Source: an uncultured delta proteobacterium
GTDB lineage: Bacteria; Desulfobacterota; Syntrophia; Syntrophales; Smithellaceae
Assembly (NCBI GenBank): GCA_963753975.1
Contig: CAVWEH010000001.1
Coordinates: 192,001-256,000, forward strand
Direction: 5' to 3'
Length of the DNA stretch: 64,000 nucleotides
How positions within the stretch are numbered: position 1 is the first letter of the stretch; each line of letters opens with the position of its first letter. Position numbers and translations under genes: made by a program. Shown here piece after piece: positions 11,903-23,172 of this stretch. The notes under the pieces are model-generated. The model was not told the origin of the DNA. It worked only from the letters and a program-made list of their open reading frames with translations, and did not search any database.

Positions 11903-13993
11903 ACTGGATTGACCAAATTTGATATTGCTGAAAAAATGGTAGCCGTTTCGCCCATGCGCTTTCACATGGTACATAGCAATATCGGCATTCTTCAGTAGGG
12001 AATCCGTGTCCTGGCAGTCATCAGGATAGATGGCAATGCCTATGCTGACGCTGGAAATTATCTTATCGTTGCCACAGATAAATGGTTGCTGAAAGGCGTT
12101 TAAAATTTTTCTTGCAGCTTCAGCAGAATCCTCCACTCGTCCTATCTCCGGTAAGAGGATTATGAATTCATCACCTCCCAAACGAGCAACCGTATCATTT
12201 TGGCGCAGAAGGTCAGTTAGGCGTCGGCCAATTTCTTTGAGCAACTGATCTCCAACCATGTGTCCCAGCGTGTCATTGACATTCTTGAAGTGATCCAAAT
12301 CCAGCATCATTACAGCCAGCTTTTGGCTGTTACGCTTGGCTTGGGCCAGAGCCATTTTGAGTCGGTCCATAAACAGAATCCGGTTAGGTAATCCGGTCAG
12401 CGTATCATGGGTAGCTATATAGTGGAGTTGTTGCTCCGTCCTTTTCCGCTCGGTAATATCATGTCCAACTCCTCGAAAGCCCACAACTTTGCCGTCTTGA
12501 TCCACTTTGGGAAAAACGGAAACTTCAAAAAATGATTTACCCCCGTCCAGACGATCTAACTCATACGGATAGTTTTTTAGCGGCTCTGTTGTTTCGTACA
12601 CCTGACGAAATAATTTATATATTTCCACGATTTGATCCTGTTTAACAAAGGCCCGATAGTTCAGACCGAATATTTGCTCCGGAGAATAACCGGCGTTGCG
12701 AATAACCGCATCGTTAACGAAAACGATATTGCCGGCGAGATCAATTTCGAAGTACCACTCATCCATTTCATCAATGATAGTTCTATACTTCTCGTCAGAC
12801 TGCCGGATCGTCTCTTCCATTTGCCTGCGTTCTGTTACGTCTCGGCTGATTCCCCGAAATCCGATTGGCTTACCCTCATTGTCTCGTATAAGAGAGACGG
12901 AAATTTCGTTGAACCCCTTTGTTCCGTCCTTGCGAATAATTTCTACATCCAATAATTTAATCGGTTGGCCTGTTGAGTAAATATTAGTAAAAATTCTGTG
13001 CATTTTTTTTGCTGTTTTTTCATCTTGTAACTGCCTGTGATTCATGCCGATTAATTCCTCACGGGAATATCCGATGTTTCTGCATTCCGCATCATTAACA
13101 AAGATAAAAGCGCCTGTGAGGTCTATTTCAAAATAACCTTCTTGCATATTTTCAAGAATGTTTCGGTATTTCTCTGCGGACTGGCGCAGGGCCTCCTCCA
13201 TTTTTTTTCGGGCGGATACATTCCGGGAAACACCTCGGAATCCAACTGGCTTGCCTTCATTATCCCTAATGAGAGATACCGATGTTTCGTGAATAGCTTT
13301 TGCCCCGTCTTTTCTGATGGACTCCAGTTCTAGCATCTCTATCGGTTTACCCGTCCGGTAAAGTTCGTAGTAGGGCTGATATAATTTTTTAGCGGTTTCT
13401 TCATCCATATGCTGCCGGTAGTTCATACCGATAAGTTCTTCTTTGGTATATCCCAGATATCTGCAGTTTGTTTCATTAGCAAATGTATAGTTACCATCAA
13501 GGTCAAGCTCAAAATAGCCTTCCCGGATGCTTTCCAGAATGCTTCGATATTTTTCCTCACTCCCGCGTAATGTTTCTTCCGTTTTTTTGCGTTCGGTAAT
13601 ATCTATAAAGCTTCCGAGCGTAGCACGATGCCCTTTATAGGTTATGGATGTAATCATTTCTAAAATCCACATTATCTCGCCATTTTTTTTGATATACCTG
13701 TACTCATAGCTTTCGGGGTACTTCCCTTTCAGGCTCTTTATGGCGCTTTCCCTCACCATTGCTCTATCGTCAGGGTGGACACAATCAAGCGAATTTTTAC
13801 CTAGGAGTTCCGGGTCGGAATAACCTGTAAACTTACTATAAAGGGGGCTCATATAGACGAATTTCCCGCGCTGCACGATATATATACCGACGCCGATATT
13901 GGAGATGATTTTTTTTGCCAGGTTGAATAAATCAATCTGTTTGGAGCAGCTCTTTTTTTGCAAGTTGACTGTTGATTTCGTTTTAACAGCCAT
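11888..13993 (-). CDS. Cytoplasmic diguanylate cyclase with four PAS domains
   Basis: Four PAS/PAC repeats ending DITERK or DVTERR-like; intact GGDEF with RxxD I-site (RQND). Confidence 0.95.
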   Translation of the reverse strand: MAVKTKSTVNLQKKSCSKQIDLFNLAKKIISNIGVGIYIVQRGKFVYMSPLYSKFTGYSDPELLGKNSLDCVHPDDRAMVRESAIKSLKGKYPESYEYRYIKKNGEIMWILEMITSITYKGHRATLGSFIDITERKKTEETLRGSEEKYRSILESIREGYFELDLDGNYTFANETNCRYLGYTKEELIGMNYRQHMDEETAKKLYQPYYELYRTGKPIEMLELESIRKDGAKAIHETSVSLIRDNEGKPVGFRGVSRNVSARKKMEEALRQSAEKYRNILENMQEGYFEIDLTGAFIFVNDAECRNIGYSREELIGMNHRQLQDEKTAKKMHRIFTNIYSTGQPIKLLDVEIIRKDGTKGFNEISVSLIRDNEGKPIGFRGISRDVTERRQMEETIRQSDEKYRTIIDEMDEWYFEIDLAGNIVFVNDAVIRNAGYSPEQIFGLNYRAFVKQDQIVEIYKLFRQVYETTEPLKNYPYELDRLDGGKSFFEVSVFPKVDQDGKVVGFRGVGHDITERKRTEQQLHYIATHDTLTGLPNRILFMDRLKMALAQAKRNSQKLAVMMLDLDHFKNVNDTLGHMVGDQLLKEIGRRLTDLLRQNDTVARLGGDEFIILLPEIGRVEDSAEAARKILNAFQQPFICGNDKIISSVSIGIAIYPDDCQDTDSLLKNADIAMYHVKAHGRNGYHFFSNIKFGQSSLNNT

Positions 13994-14209
13994 AGTCTTT
14001 TAGTCTCCTCTGGCCATTAATGATGATTGTGTTCAATTTGAGGTTGTAGCTAACCCATTATAATGATTGGAGTATAATAAATCGTCAATATAAATACATA
14101 GTCGGGACTTGTTTAGGACAAGTTTGACTATATGAAGAAAGTACTTGTGTCAAGAAAATAAACGGCGTTCATTAAAACGGTGTTTAGTAATAAAAAAAAC
14201 ATAATTTTG

Positions 14210-14228
14210 GGTAGTGACTCAAATTGAA
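14210..14228 (+). mobile_element. Possible orphan IS terminus
   Basis: GGTAGTGACTCAAATTGAA resembles, from recall only, termini of IS1/IS1595-related elements that carry the adjacent small basic protein; no second end or transposase found. Confidence 0.35.
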
Positions 14229-14239
14229 TATTCCTATGC

Positions 14240-14267
14240 TTGACGTTGGTGCGATCTTTGATATACT
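14240..14267 (+). promoter_or_regulatory. Putative sigma70-type promoter with extended -10, probably for a leaderless transcript
   Basis: TTGACG-16 bp-TATACT with TG extension; ATG lies 6 nt after the -10 box and has no RBS. Confidence 0.55.
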
Positions 14268-14273
14268 AGTTGC

Positions 14274-14522
14274 ATGAAACGATCTAAAAAGCCACTTCCA
14301 AGGGACCGGAATCAATTGGTGCATGAGATTGTGCGCCTTTCTACGGAAGACGATTCCAAAGATTTAGCATATGAGACTGCGCGTCGTTCTTCAGAAAAAA
14401 CCACTGAATCAGAAATATCAAAATATCTATCCGAGATCGAACGCAAAGGCGGCTTAAAGGGTGGCACTGCAAGGGTTAAAAAATTAACCAAAAAACAAAA
14501 ATCTGAGATCGCGCGTAAATGA
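14274..14522 (+). CDS. Small basic protein of the PRDxNQL...GRKGGLKGG family, probably C-terminally truncated
   Basis: PRDRNQLVHEIVRLST and RKGGLKGGTARVKKLTKKQKSEIARK; relatives as recalled continue with AAxARW. Confidence 0.65.
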   Translation: MKRSKKPLPRDRNQLVHEIVRLSTEDDSKDLAYETARRSSEKTTESEISKYLSEIERKGGLKGGTARVKKLTKKQKSEIARK

Positions 14523-14743
14523 ACACCTGTGATTATAGGTCAACATAGTAGCCAGATGAAGTTTTAAATTCACAAATTTTATAAGATTAGCTTGATTTTT
14601 TTTCTGCCCATACTGTATTGTGCGGCGAAAACTTGCAACAGGATAAAAGTAAATTGCCGGATTTCTGTGGCTGCGGTCACCAGAGTAATAAAGGCTGGTG
14701 AACGGCAACGATTCCGCAAAAAATATAAATTGAGGAGTGTATT

Positions 14744-16609
14744 ATGGCATTAAATCCGTTGGTTGATTCACGAGATGTAAGATTTGTTTTATTTGAGGTA
14801 CTGCAGGCGGATAAACTTAATAGGTACGACAAATTTTCCGGTTTTGATAAAGATACATATGAGGCGACCCTGGAGTTGGCTGAACAGCTTGCCGTGGAGC
14901 AGGTTTATCCCGCCAATGCCGAGGCCGATAAAACCGGCGCTAAGTATGATCCCGCAACAAAAGCGGTTACTATTCCCGAGGGATACAAGTCGGCAATGAA
15001 GCTCTACAAAGAGTCCGGCTTTTCCGGTTTGGGGAATGATCCGGAATGGGGCGGCGTCGGGATGCCCGAGGTCATCTGCCGCGCTATAATGGATTATTTT
15101 TCCGCCGCCGCCGTGGCGTTTCTCACTTACGATACACTGAAGGGAGGAGCTTCCCGGCTTATCGAGAATTTTGGCTCCGAAGAATTGAAAAAGACATATA
15201 TGGAAAAGATGGTATCCGGCCAATGGGGCGGCACGATGTGTCTTACCGAATCCGGCGCCGGTTCCGATGTCGGCGCTTTAAAGACCAAAGCGGTGAAGCA
15301 AAAAGACGGGACTTATCTTTTAACCGGACAGAAAATCTTTATTACCGCCGGCGATAACGATATGTATGAGAATATAATCCATCCGGTGCTTGCCAGAATT
15401 GAAGGAGATCCTCCGGGGACGCCGGGTATATCGATATTTATTGTGCCCAAATATCATGTAAAACCGGACGGAAGTCTGGGTGAGCGAAACGACATTATAA
15501 CCACCGGTATTGAACACAAGATGGGAATCAAGGGATCGGCTACTTGTTCTTTGAGTTTAGGCGATAACGAGAAATGTGTAGGCTATATCCTGGGAGCCGA
15601 ACGTCAGGGAATGAAAATCATGTTCCAGATGATGAATGAGGCGCGGCTGGATGTGGCTAATCAGGCATCGGGTGCATCGAGTGCCGCTTATATGCACGCG
15701 GTAACTTACGCAAAAAACAGACTGCAAGGAACCGATCCCGCGAAAAGAGGAGATACCGCGTATGCGCCGATTGTAAAACATCCGGACGTGAAAAGAATGT
15801 TGATATGGATGAAAGCGCAAGTAGAAGCGATGAGAATGCTTACCTTACTTGCAGCTTATTCGGCCGATATCAGCAGGGCCGAAAAAGGTGAGGCAGCGAA
15901 AGAAGCACAGGCGCTTTTAGATTTTCTTATTCCGCTTTGCAAAGCAGGCAATACCGATCTTGCCTGGCTGGTTACTTCCGAGGCTATGCAGGTTTACGGC
16001 GGATATGGGTACTGTTCGGAATACCCTGTTGAACAATTGGCGCGCGATTGCAAGATTCTGGCTATCTATGAAGGGACCAACGGCATCCAATCCATAGATT
16101 TCACCATGAGAAAGCTGCTGATGAATCCGGAGATGTACAATTACAAAGTCTTTAAAAAGAAAATTCAAGAAACGATGGGGAAAGCCAAAGGTATTGTTGA
16201 CGAAAAATATATTGCGGCTGTTCGCACCGGCGTGGAAAGAATGGATCAAACAATACAAAAATTGAACGAATATAAGGAACAGAAAAAAATGTTGGATATT
16301 CTGGCGATCGCCACCCCATTGCAGCAAGCCATGAGAATGCTGGCTCACGCTTGGATGCATTTATGGTCGTTAACAATAACTACTCCGAAACTAAAAGCGA
16401 TTGCCGGAGAGATATCCGGAGAAAAAGTCGTAAATATCATCAAGGATAATTCGGAAGCGGCATATTATTATGGGAGAATATTATCAGCCCGATATTATCT
16501 GGGCTCCGAATTCAAACATTATTACGGTTATCTGGATTATATAACATCGGGAGAGCAGGCGGTAGTCGAAGCCTTTGAAAATATATTTACCGGAGCCCTT
16601 TCCCAGTAA
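14744..16609 (+). CDS. Long-type acyl-CoA dehydrogenase
   Basis: GTMCLTESGAGSDVG, GQKIFIT, EHKMGIKGSAT, MQVYGGYGY, IYEGTNGIQ. Confidence 0.95.
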   Translation: MALNPLVDSRDVRFVLFEVLQADKLNRYDKFSGFDKDTYEATLELAEQLAVEQVYPANAEADKTGAKYDPATKAVTIPEGYKSAMKLYKESGFSGLGNDPEWGGVGMPEVICRAIMDYFSAAAVAFLTYDTLKGGASRLIENFGSEELKKTYMEKMVSGQWGGTMCLTESGAGSDVGALKTKAVKQKDGTYLLTGQKIFITAGDNDMYENIIHPVLARIEGDPPGTPGISIFIVPKYHVKPDGSLGERNDIITTGIEHKMGIKGSATCSLSLGDNEKCVGYILGAERQGMKIMFQMMNEARLDVANQASGASSAAYMHAVTYAKNRLQGTDPAKRGDTAYAPIVKHPDVKRMLIWMKAQVEAMRMLTLLAAYSADISRAEKGEAAKEAQALLDFLIPLCKAGNTDLAWLVTSEAMQVYGGYGYCSEYPVEQLARDCKILAIYEGTNGIQSIDFTMRKLLMNPEMYNYKVFKKKIQETMGKAKGIVDEKYIAAVRTGVERMDQTIQKLNEYKEQKKMLDILAIATPLQQAMRMLAHAWMHLWSLTITTPKLKAIAGEISGEKVVNIIKDNSEAAYYYGRILSARYYLGSEFKHYYGYLDYITSGEQAVVEAFENIFTGALSQ

Positions 16610-16635
16610 ATGATTCTATCTAAAGAGTATACGGC

Positions 16636-16669
16636 AAAAAGCCCCTGAAGACGAACTTCAGGGGCTTTT
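16636..16669. terminator. Bidirectional intrinsic terminator
   Basis: AAAAAGCCCCTGAAG-acgaa-CTTCAGGGGCTTTT between convergent genes. Confidence 0.85.
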
Positions 16670-16700
16670 CATTGAAATTTGTCCTTCCGTCTTTAATTCT

Positions 16701-17126
16701 TTAATTTTCCAGAAAAGGAAGAGGTTTTTCCATGCGATAAACAAGCGCCTGGCAGGCGGCAATAAGATTATTTTTATCATCGGTCACAACAATCTCGTAA
16801 GCGGCGGTTTTTTTCGCTTTATTGATTTCTTTTGCTTCGGCAGTCAATTTCGAACCTTTGGCTGGCGAGGCGAGATAATTCACACTCATGTTTAAAGCCA
16901 CGGCCATAGTGCCGTGAGAATTGGAGGCGACTTCAAAGGCTTCGTCGATGAGCGCAAATAAAGCTCCGCCGTGAGCCATGCCGAACATATTTTCCATATC
17001 CTGAGTAAAGGCCATTTCCACTTTGGCGTATCCTTCGAGAACTTCAATTAATTTCAGACCGAATTTCTTCGCGAAAGGTTCTTCTTCCACCTGTTTGAAA
17101 ATAGTTTTTCTGATTGCTGCATCCAT
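16701..17126 (-). CDS. PaaI-family hotdog-fold thioesterase
   Basis: NMFGMAHGGALFALIDEAFEVASNS. Confidence 0.9.
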   Translation of the reverse strand: MDAAIRKTIFKQVEEEPFAKKFGLKLIEVLEGYAKVEMAFTQDMENMFGMAHGGALFALIDEAFEVASNSHGTMAVALNMSVNYLASPAKGSKLTAEAKEINKAKKTAAYEIVVTDDKNNLIAACQALVYRMEKPLPFLEN

Positions 17127-17190
17127 GATATTTCCCCGGCAGATTTAACGAAACTGTCTTCTTATACATCAATGTGGCACTTGGAGTCAA

Positions 17191-17222
17191 AAAAGAAAAG
17201 GGCCTCCTTTAAGGAAGCCCTG
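17191..17222 (-). terminator. Intrinsic terminator downstream of tRNA-Lys
   Basis: Minus strand AGGGCTTCCTTAAAGGAGGCCCTTTTCTTTT. Confidence 0.75.
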
Positions 17223-17227
17223 ATTTC

Positions 17228-17302
17228 TGGTGGGCCGTGCGGGGATTGAACCCGCGGCCAACGGATTAAAAGTCCGCTGCTCTACCTCTGAGCTAACGGC
17301 CC
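17228..17302 (-). tRNA. tRNA-Lys(TTT)
   Basis: 75-nt cloverleaf GGGCCGTTAGCTCAG...CTTTTAA...GGTTCAATCC...ACGGCCCACCA. Confidence 0.97.
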
Positions 17303-17418
17303 ACTTTCTAAGTCATTTTCGGACGTGCCCTCTTAACAGCAACTTTATAGAGTGTCAAGGAGAAACTCGAATATTTCTATTACGGAAAGGATCTTTCAAT
17401 GTAATCGTTCTTCGACGA

Positions 17419-18579
17419 CTAAAGCACTCTGACTGTCACGACGCCATCGATGGACTGAATTTTCTTTACCATGTCCGATTTAATATCGCCTTCCAGATCG
17501 ATGATGTTGTACGCCATGTTCCCTTTACTCTTGTTGATCATGTCGGCGATGTTGAATTTGTTGTCCGCCAGCAGGCGCGTGATCTTCTCGATCATACCGG
17601 GCTCGTTCTTGTTCGAAATGGTGAGCCTGGCCTTGTCCGACCTCTCCAGTGCGCATTCCGGGAAATTGACCGAGTTCTTGATGTTGCCATTTTCCAGGTA
17701 ATCCATCAGCTGCATGGCCGCCATGATGGCGCAGTTTTCTTCCGATTCTTCGGTGGAAGCGCCCAGATGCGGAATGGCGATGACCTTGTCTGTTTTGATG
17801 ACCTCTTCATCGGGGAAATCCGTCACGTAGCACGCCACGATGCCGTCGGCGATGGCCTTCTTCAGGGATGGGGTATCCACGAGCCCACCTCGGGCAAAGT
17901 TGAGGAGCACGGCGCCCTTCTTCATGACCGCGAATTTATCGGCATTGATGAATCCCTTGGTGTCCTTGTTCTGAGGGACGTGCAGCGTGATGAAATCGCA
18001 CTCGGACAGGAGTTTGTCCAAGCTTGGCGCTTTCTTGGTATTGCGGGACAGTCGCCAGGCTGCCTCGATGGACAGGAACGGATCATATCCCCAGACTTCC
18101 ATGCCCAGACCATCGGCAGCATTGGCCAGCATGGTGCCGATGGCGCCTAAGCCCACTATACCGAGCTTTTTGCCGAGGATCTCGGTGCCGCCGAACTTGG
18201 ATTTGCCCTTTTCGATCAGGTCCGGCACCTTGTCGCCTTCGCCGATCAGTCCCTTGGTCCAGACAATTCCTTCCACCACCTTGCGGGAGGCCAGCAGCAT
18301 GCCCAGGATGACCAATTCTTTCACGCCGTTGGCGTTTGCCCCCGGGGTATTAAAAACGACGATGCCTTTCTCCGAACATTTATCAATAGGAATATTATTG
18401 ACGCCGGCGCCGGCGCGAGCAATGGCTTTCAGAGACGACGGCAGGGTCATGTCTTTCATTTCCTTGCTTCTCACCAGGATACCGTCGGGATCGGGAATAT
18501 CCGTGCGATATTCATACTTCTGGGTAAAAAGGTTGAGGCCTTTTTTCGAAATCTTGTTCAACAGATCAATCCGATACAT
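17419..18579 (-). CDS. serA: D-3-phosphoglycerate dehydrogenase, short type with C-terminal ACT domain
   Basis: ARAGAGVNNI, NTPGANAN, GLGAIG, NFARG, PHLGASTEE; ACT domain NKNEPGMIEKIT. Confidence 0.93.
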   Translation of the reverse strand: MYRIDLLNKISKKGLNLFTQKYEYRTDIPDPDGILVRSKEMKDMTLPSSLKAIARAGAGVNNIPIDKCSEKGIVVFNTPGANANGVKELVILGMLLASRKVVEGIVWTKGLIGEGDKVPDLIEKGKSKFGGTEILGKKLGIVGLGAIGTMLANAADGLGMEVWGYDPFLSIEAAWRLSRNTKKAPSLDKLLSECDFITLHVPQNKDTKGFINADKFAVMKKGAVLLNFARGGLVDTPSLKKAIADGIVACYVTDFPDEEVIKTDKVIAIPHLGASTEESEENCAIMAAMQLMDYLENGNIKNSVNFPECALERSDKARLTISNKNEPGMIEKITRLLADNKFNIADMINKSKGNMAYNIIDLEGDIKSDMVKKIQSIDGVVTVRVL

Positions 18580-18612
18580 AAATACCTCCTATTCCTTTCC
18601 ATATCTTTTTAT

Positions 18613-18723
18613 TGAGAGACTCAAATTTCAAAAACGAAGTGCATTGAAATTTGTAAGTCGAACAATCCCGCACAGCGGAGGGTATAATACCCCAAAGCTC
18701 GCTTTGAGGTTCATACCCGTGAT
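18613..18723 (+). repeat. Modular palindromic intergenic repeat, copy B
   Basis: GAGACTCAAATTTCA...TGAAATTTGTAAGTCGAACAATCCCGCACAGCGG...TATAATACCCC...GCTCGCTTT...GGTTCATACCCGTGAT shared with copies A and C. Confidence 0.85.
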
Positions 18724-18825
18724 TAAAGAGTCCTCCGGTAACATGGAGTGTCTATTTTGCGCTACTATTGTACAAAACAATCACCGCACGGCCCACCGGA
18801 AAAACAAGGAGAAATTGACACAACT

Positions 18826-20127
<1,302 letters not shown>

Positions 20128-20346
20128 TTATATACTTTCCTGCATTTTAATCGGTGTAACGGAAATTACGTGTGGTAATTTCTGCAATTTCTTTAAAACG
20201 TCCGAACCGGCCAGTGAAGTCCGTGTTCAATAAGCCGGCGTTTTTTGTCTGAGCGTCGTGGCTCAGAAGCAGACGGGCAATGTTTACTCTGTTGTTGCCC
20301 AATGTGGTTCCCAGATTGTGCCGATAACGCCTGGTATGTCTTCGTT
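20128..20346 (-). pseudogene. serA: Frameshifted remnant of the C-terminal ACT domain of a long-type SerA
   Basis: Stitching three frames gives NEDIPGVIG/NLGTTLGNNRVNIARLLLSHDAQTKNAGLLNTD/SLAGSDVLKKLQKLPHVISVTPIKMQESI*, ending 3 nt before the purA ATG; no start codon or catalytic domain. Confidence 0.75.
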
Positions 20347-20374
20347 TTATAAAAATCTCCTCGAATGTCGAGAA

Positions 20375-21512
20375 TTAAAGGGTTTTGACCTTTTCATTAA
20401 AAACTTTTTCCAGCTCCGCAAGTGCTGCCTTTAGATCGGCCTCTTCAATTGTTGGCCCGCACCAGAAGCGGTAACCGGCGGGCGCATCTTTGTAAGAGTT
20501 AATATCGTGAGCAATATTTTTCTTGCTCAATTCCGAAGAGATACTTTTCAGGAATTTGCCTTTTTCGTCTGCCGAAAGCGAGTTGACCTTTGGGTTGGTC
20601 ACACTCAGGCAAACTGACGTATTGGAGCGAATTTTGGCATCGGCAGCCAAAAATTCGACCCAGTCGGTTTTGGCAACCCAATCTTCCACGACTTTCAGGT
20701 TGGCCTTGCTTTTTTTGATAAGGCCGGCAAGACCGATTTCGCTTGCCCATTTTAAGGCATCCAGATAATCTTCCACGCACAGCATCGAAGGAGTGTTAAT
20801 CACGTCACCGTCGAAAATAGCCTTGTTGATTTTGCCGCTTTTCTTGAGGCGGAAAATTTTGGGCAGTGGCCAGGGTGGATCATAAGCTTCCAGACGAGCG
20901 ACGGCTTTGGGACTCAAAACAAGCATACCGTGAGCGGCTTCGCCGCCCAGACATTTCTGCCAGGAAAAAGTTAAAACATCGATTTTGCTCCAGTCTATTT
21001 CCATGGCGAAAGCAGCGCTCGTTGCATCGCAAAGCGACGAGCCCCTCGCGACTGGCAGGAATCCAATTCCAGTCGGGAATTTTTACGCCGCTGGTCGTTC
21101 CGTTGGCCACGAAAACTACATCGTTAGTCCAATCAACGGACTTCAAATCGGGCAGTTTCCCGTAATCGGCTTTCAAAATTTTGGGGTTGAGTTTGAGCTG
21201 TTTGGCGACATCTGTCGCCCAGCCGTCGGAAAAACTCTCCCAGACCAACACCGTAACCGGTTTTGATCCCAGAAGGCTCCACATGGCGCATTCAAAGGCG
21301 CCGGTATCGGAAGCAGGCATGATACCAACGAGATAATCCGCCGGTATGGTTAAAAGTTTTTTTGTTTCATTGATGGCTTTGACCAATCTTTCCTTGCCCA
21401 GAGCGGAGCGATGCGAGCGACCCACCGCTGCATTTTTCAAGGCGTCCAAACTCCAGGCCGGCCTCTTGCTGCAAGGGCCTGAACTAAAATTAGGGTTTTG
21501 CATATTCGACAT
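20375..21512 (-). CDS. serC: Phosphoserine aminotransferase, Methanosarcina/alphaproteobacterial type; probable 1-nt insertion at about 21035
   Basis: NPNFSSGPCSKRP, GRSHRS, ASDTGAFE, NGTTSGV, then CDATSAAFA, FSWQKCLGGE and INTPSML in the second frame. Confidence 0.92.
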
Positions 21513-21737
21513 CCTTAAAGATAAATTTTAAAAAAACCGATTATTCATATCAGCATTGAAATTTTTACTCAAGAAATTTCAGCGTGATCATGTTTTTGAT
21601 GTACGGGAGCATACCTCAATGTTGCTCTTGGGCACGATAAGAGTGCGCAATAAAAAGAAATTTTCCCCGGTCGATTCGTATTGACATTAATCCGGAAAAT
21701 GTGCTTTTCTCCATTTTTAATAAGGAGGAAATTAGAT

Positions 21738-23096
21738 TTGAAAAAAAGCAAGACGAGTTTCTTTTGTCAAAATTGCGGTTATATGTCGCCCAAGTGGTTG
21801 GGCAAATGTCCTTCCTGCAGCGGCTGGAATTGTTTTGCCGAAGAATTGCTTAGTGATTCCGATTCGGGCAACCGTGCGGAAATGAGTTTCGGCGGCAAGC
21901 CCCTGCCGATAGAAGATATTACCATAGAAGAAGGCCAACGGACTGTTACAGGTATTGCGGAAATTGACCGCGTCCTGGGCGGCGGTATTGTCGGCGGGTC
22001 GGCAATCTTAATCGGCGGAGAGCCCGGTATCGGTAAATCGACGCTGATGCTGCAAATGATGAATAATTTAGCTCAAAAAGGTCTGAAAGTGCTCTACGTT
22101 TCCGGCGAGGAGTCGGCCAGTCAAATTAAGTTACGAAGCAAACGCGTTGGGGCTGCAGCCAAAGATTTATTGGTTCTGGTGGAGGTTTCTCTAGAAAAGA
22201 TTTTGGAGCAAATTAAAGCAGTTTCTCCCGCCGTCGTCGTTATTGATTCCATTCAAACGGTTTATTCGGGAGAACTGATGTCCGCGCCCGGCAGCGTCGG
22301 GCAAGTGCGGGAGTCTTCTTCGCGATTGATTCTGTTTTCCAAAAAAAATAATATCCCCGTTTTTTTAGTCGGTCACGTGACCAAAGACGGCTCTATCGCC
22401 GGCCCCAAAGTATTGGAGCACATGGTTGATACGGTTCTTTACTTTGAGGGTGATTCCGGGCATTCTTACCGGATAGTCCGCGGCATTAAAAACCGGTTTG
22501 GTCCCACTAATGAAATTGGCGTCTTTGAAATGCAGGATAAGGGGCTCAAAGAGGTGCCTAACCCTTCGGCTTTCTTTCTGGCCGAAAGACCACAAAACGT
22601 TGCCGGTTCGGTAGTTGTTCCCAGCTTGGAAGGCACAAGGCCGATTCTGGTGGAAATTCAAGCATTAGTCAGCGCTACCAATTTGGGCATGCCTCGGCGC
22701 ACAGCTATCGGCATTGACCATAACCGTGTTTCGCTTTTGGTTGCTGTGCTGGATAAAATTTGTGGAATGCATCTGGGCACATCCGACATTTTTATCAACG
22801 TTGCCGGCGGTGTTCGGGTGGAAGAACCGGCGGTTGATCTGGGTGTGGTTGCCGCTATGGCTTCGAGTTTTTTGGATAAGCCCATTGATACGCGAACTGT
22901 TGTTTTGGGGGAAGTGGGGCTTGCTGGAGAAGTAAGGGCTGTTTCGCAAATGGATGTGCGGATAAAAGAAGCCGCCCGCCTGGGATTTAACCGCTCTCTC
23001 GTACCCAAAACAAATTTAGCCCAATTGGCAAACATGGCGAAAATGGAAATTTGCACAATTAGTTCACTGAAAGAATTGCTGGAAAATTTATTCTAA
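21738..23096 (+). CDS. radA: DNA repair protein RadA/Sms
   Basis: CQNCG...CPSC zinc finger, GEPGIGKST, KNRFG; TTG start after AAGGAGG. Confidence 0.97.
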   Translation: MKKSKTSFFCQNCGYMSPKWLGKCPSCSGWNCFAEELLSDSDSGNRAEMSFGGKPLPIEDITIEEGQRTVTGIAEIDRVLGGGIVGGSAILIGGEPGIGKSTLMLQMMNNLAQKGLKVLYVSGEESASQIKLRSKRVGAAAKDLLVLVEVSLEKILEQIKAVSPAVVVIDSIQTVYSGELMSAPGSVGQVRESSSRLILFSKKNNIPVFLVGHVTKDGSIAGPKVLEHMVDTVLYFEGDSGHSYRIVRGIKNRFGPTNEIGVFEMQDKGLKEVPNPSAFFLAERPQNVAGSVVVPSLEGTRPILVEIQALVSATNLGMPRRTAIGIDHNRVSLLVAVLDKICGMHLGTSDIFINVAGGVRVEEPAVDLGVVAAMASSFLDKPIDTRTVVLGEVGLAGEVRAVSQMDVRIKEAARLGFNRSLVPKTNLAQLANMAKMEICTISSLKELLENLF

Positions 23097-23144
23097 ATAG
23101 TTTAACTAAATCAAAAATTTTTTTTTGAAAAGTGTTTCCAAACC

Positions 23145-23172
23145 TTGACATAAAAAAAATAGTGCATAATAT
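23145..23172 (+). promoter_or_regulatory. Putative sigma70-type promoter of groESL
   Basis: TTGACA-16 bp-TAATAT preceded by an AT-rich UP-like tract. Confidence 0.5.

Noticed and set aside
14621..14637. Sigma54 promoter upstream of the acyl-CoA dehydrogenase (CGGCGAAAACTTGCA)
   Set aside because: GG to GC spacing is 9 rather than the required 10 nt, and the -24 box is poor.
17228..17302. tRNA-Lys or tRNA-Ile2 as integration sites of a genomic island
   Set aside because: No integrase and no duplicated tRNA 3' end found in the window.
20160..20340. Hairpins upstream of purA as a ZTP or purine riboswitch
   Set aside because: Riboswitch consensus elements are not in the right order or strand; the region is better explained as a serA ACT-domain remnant.
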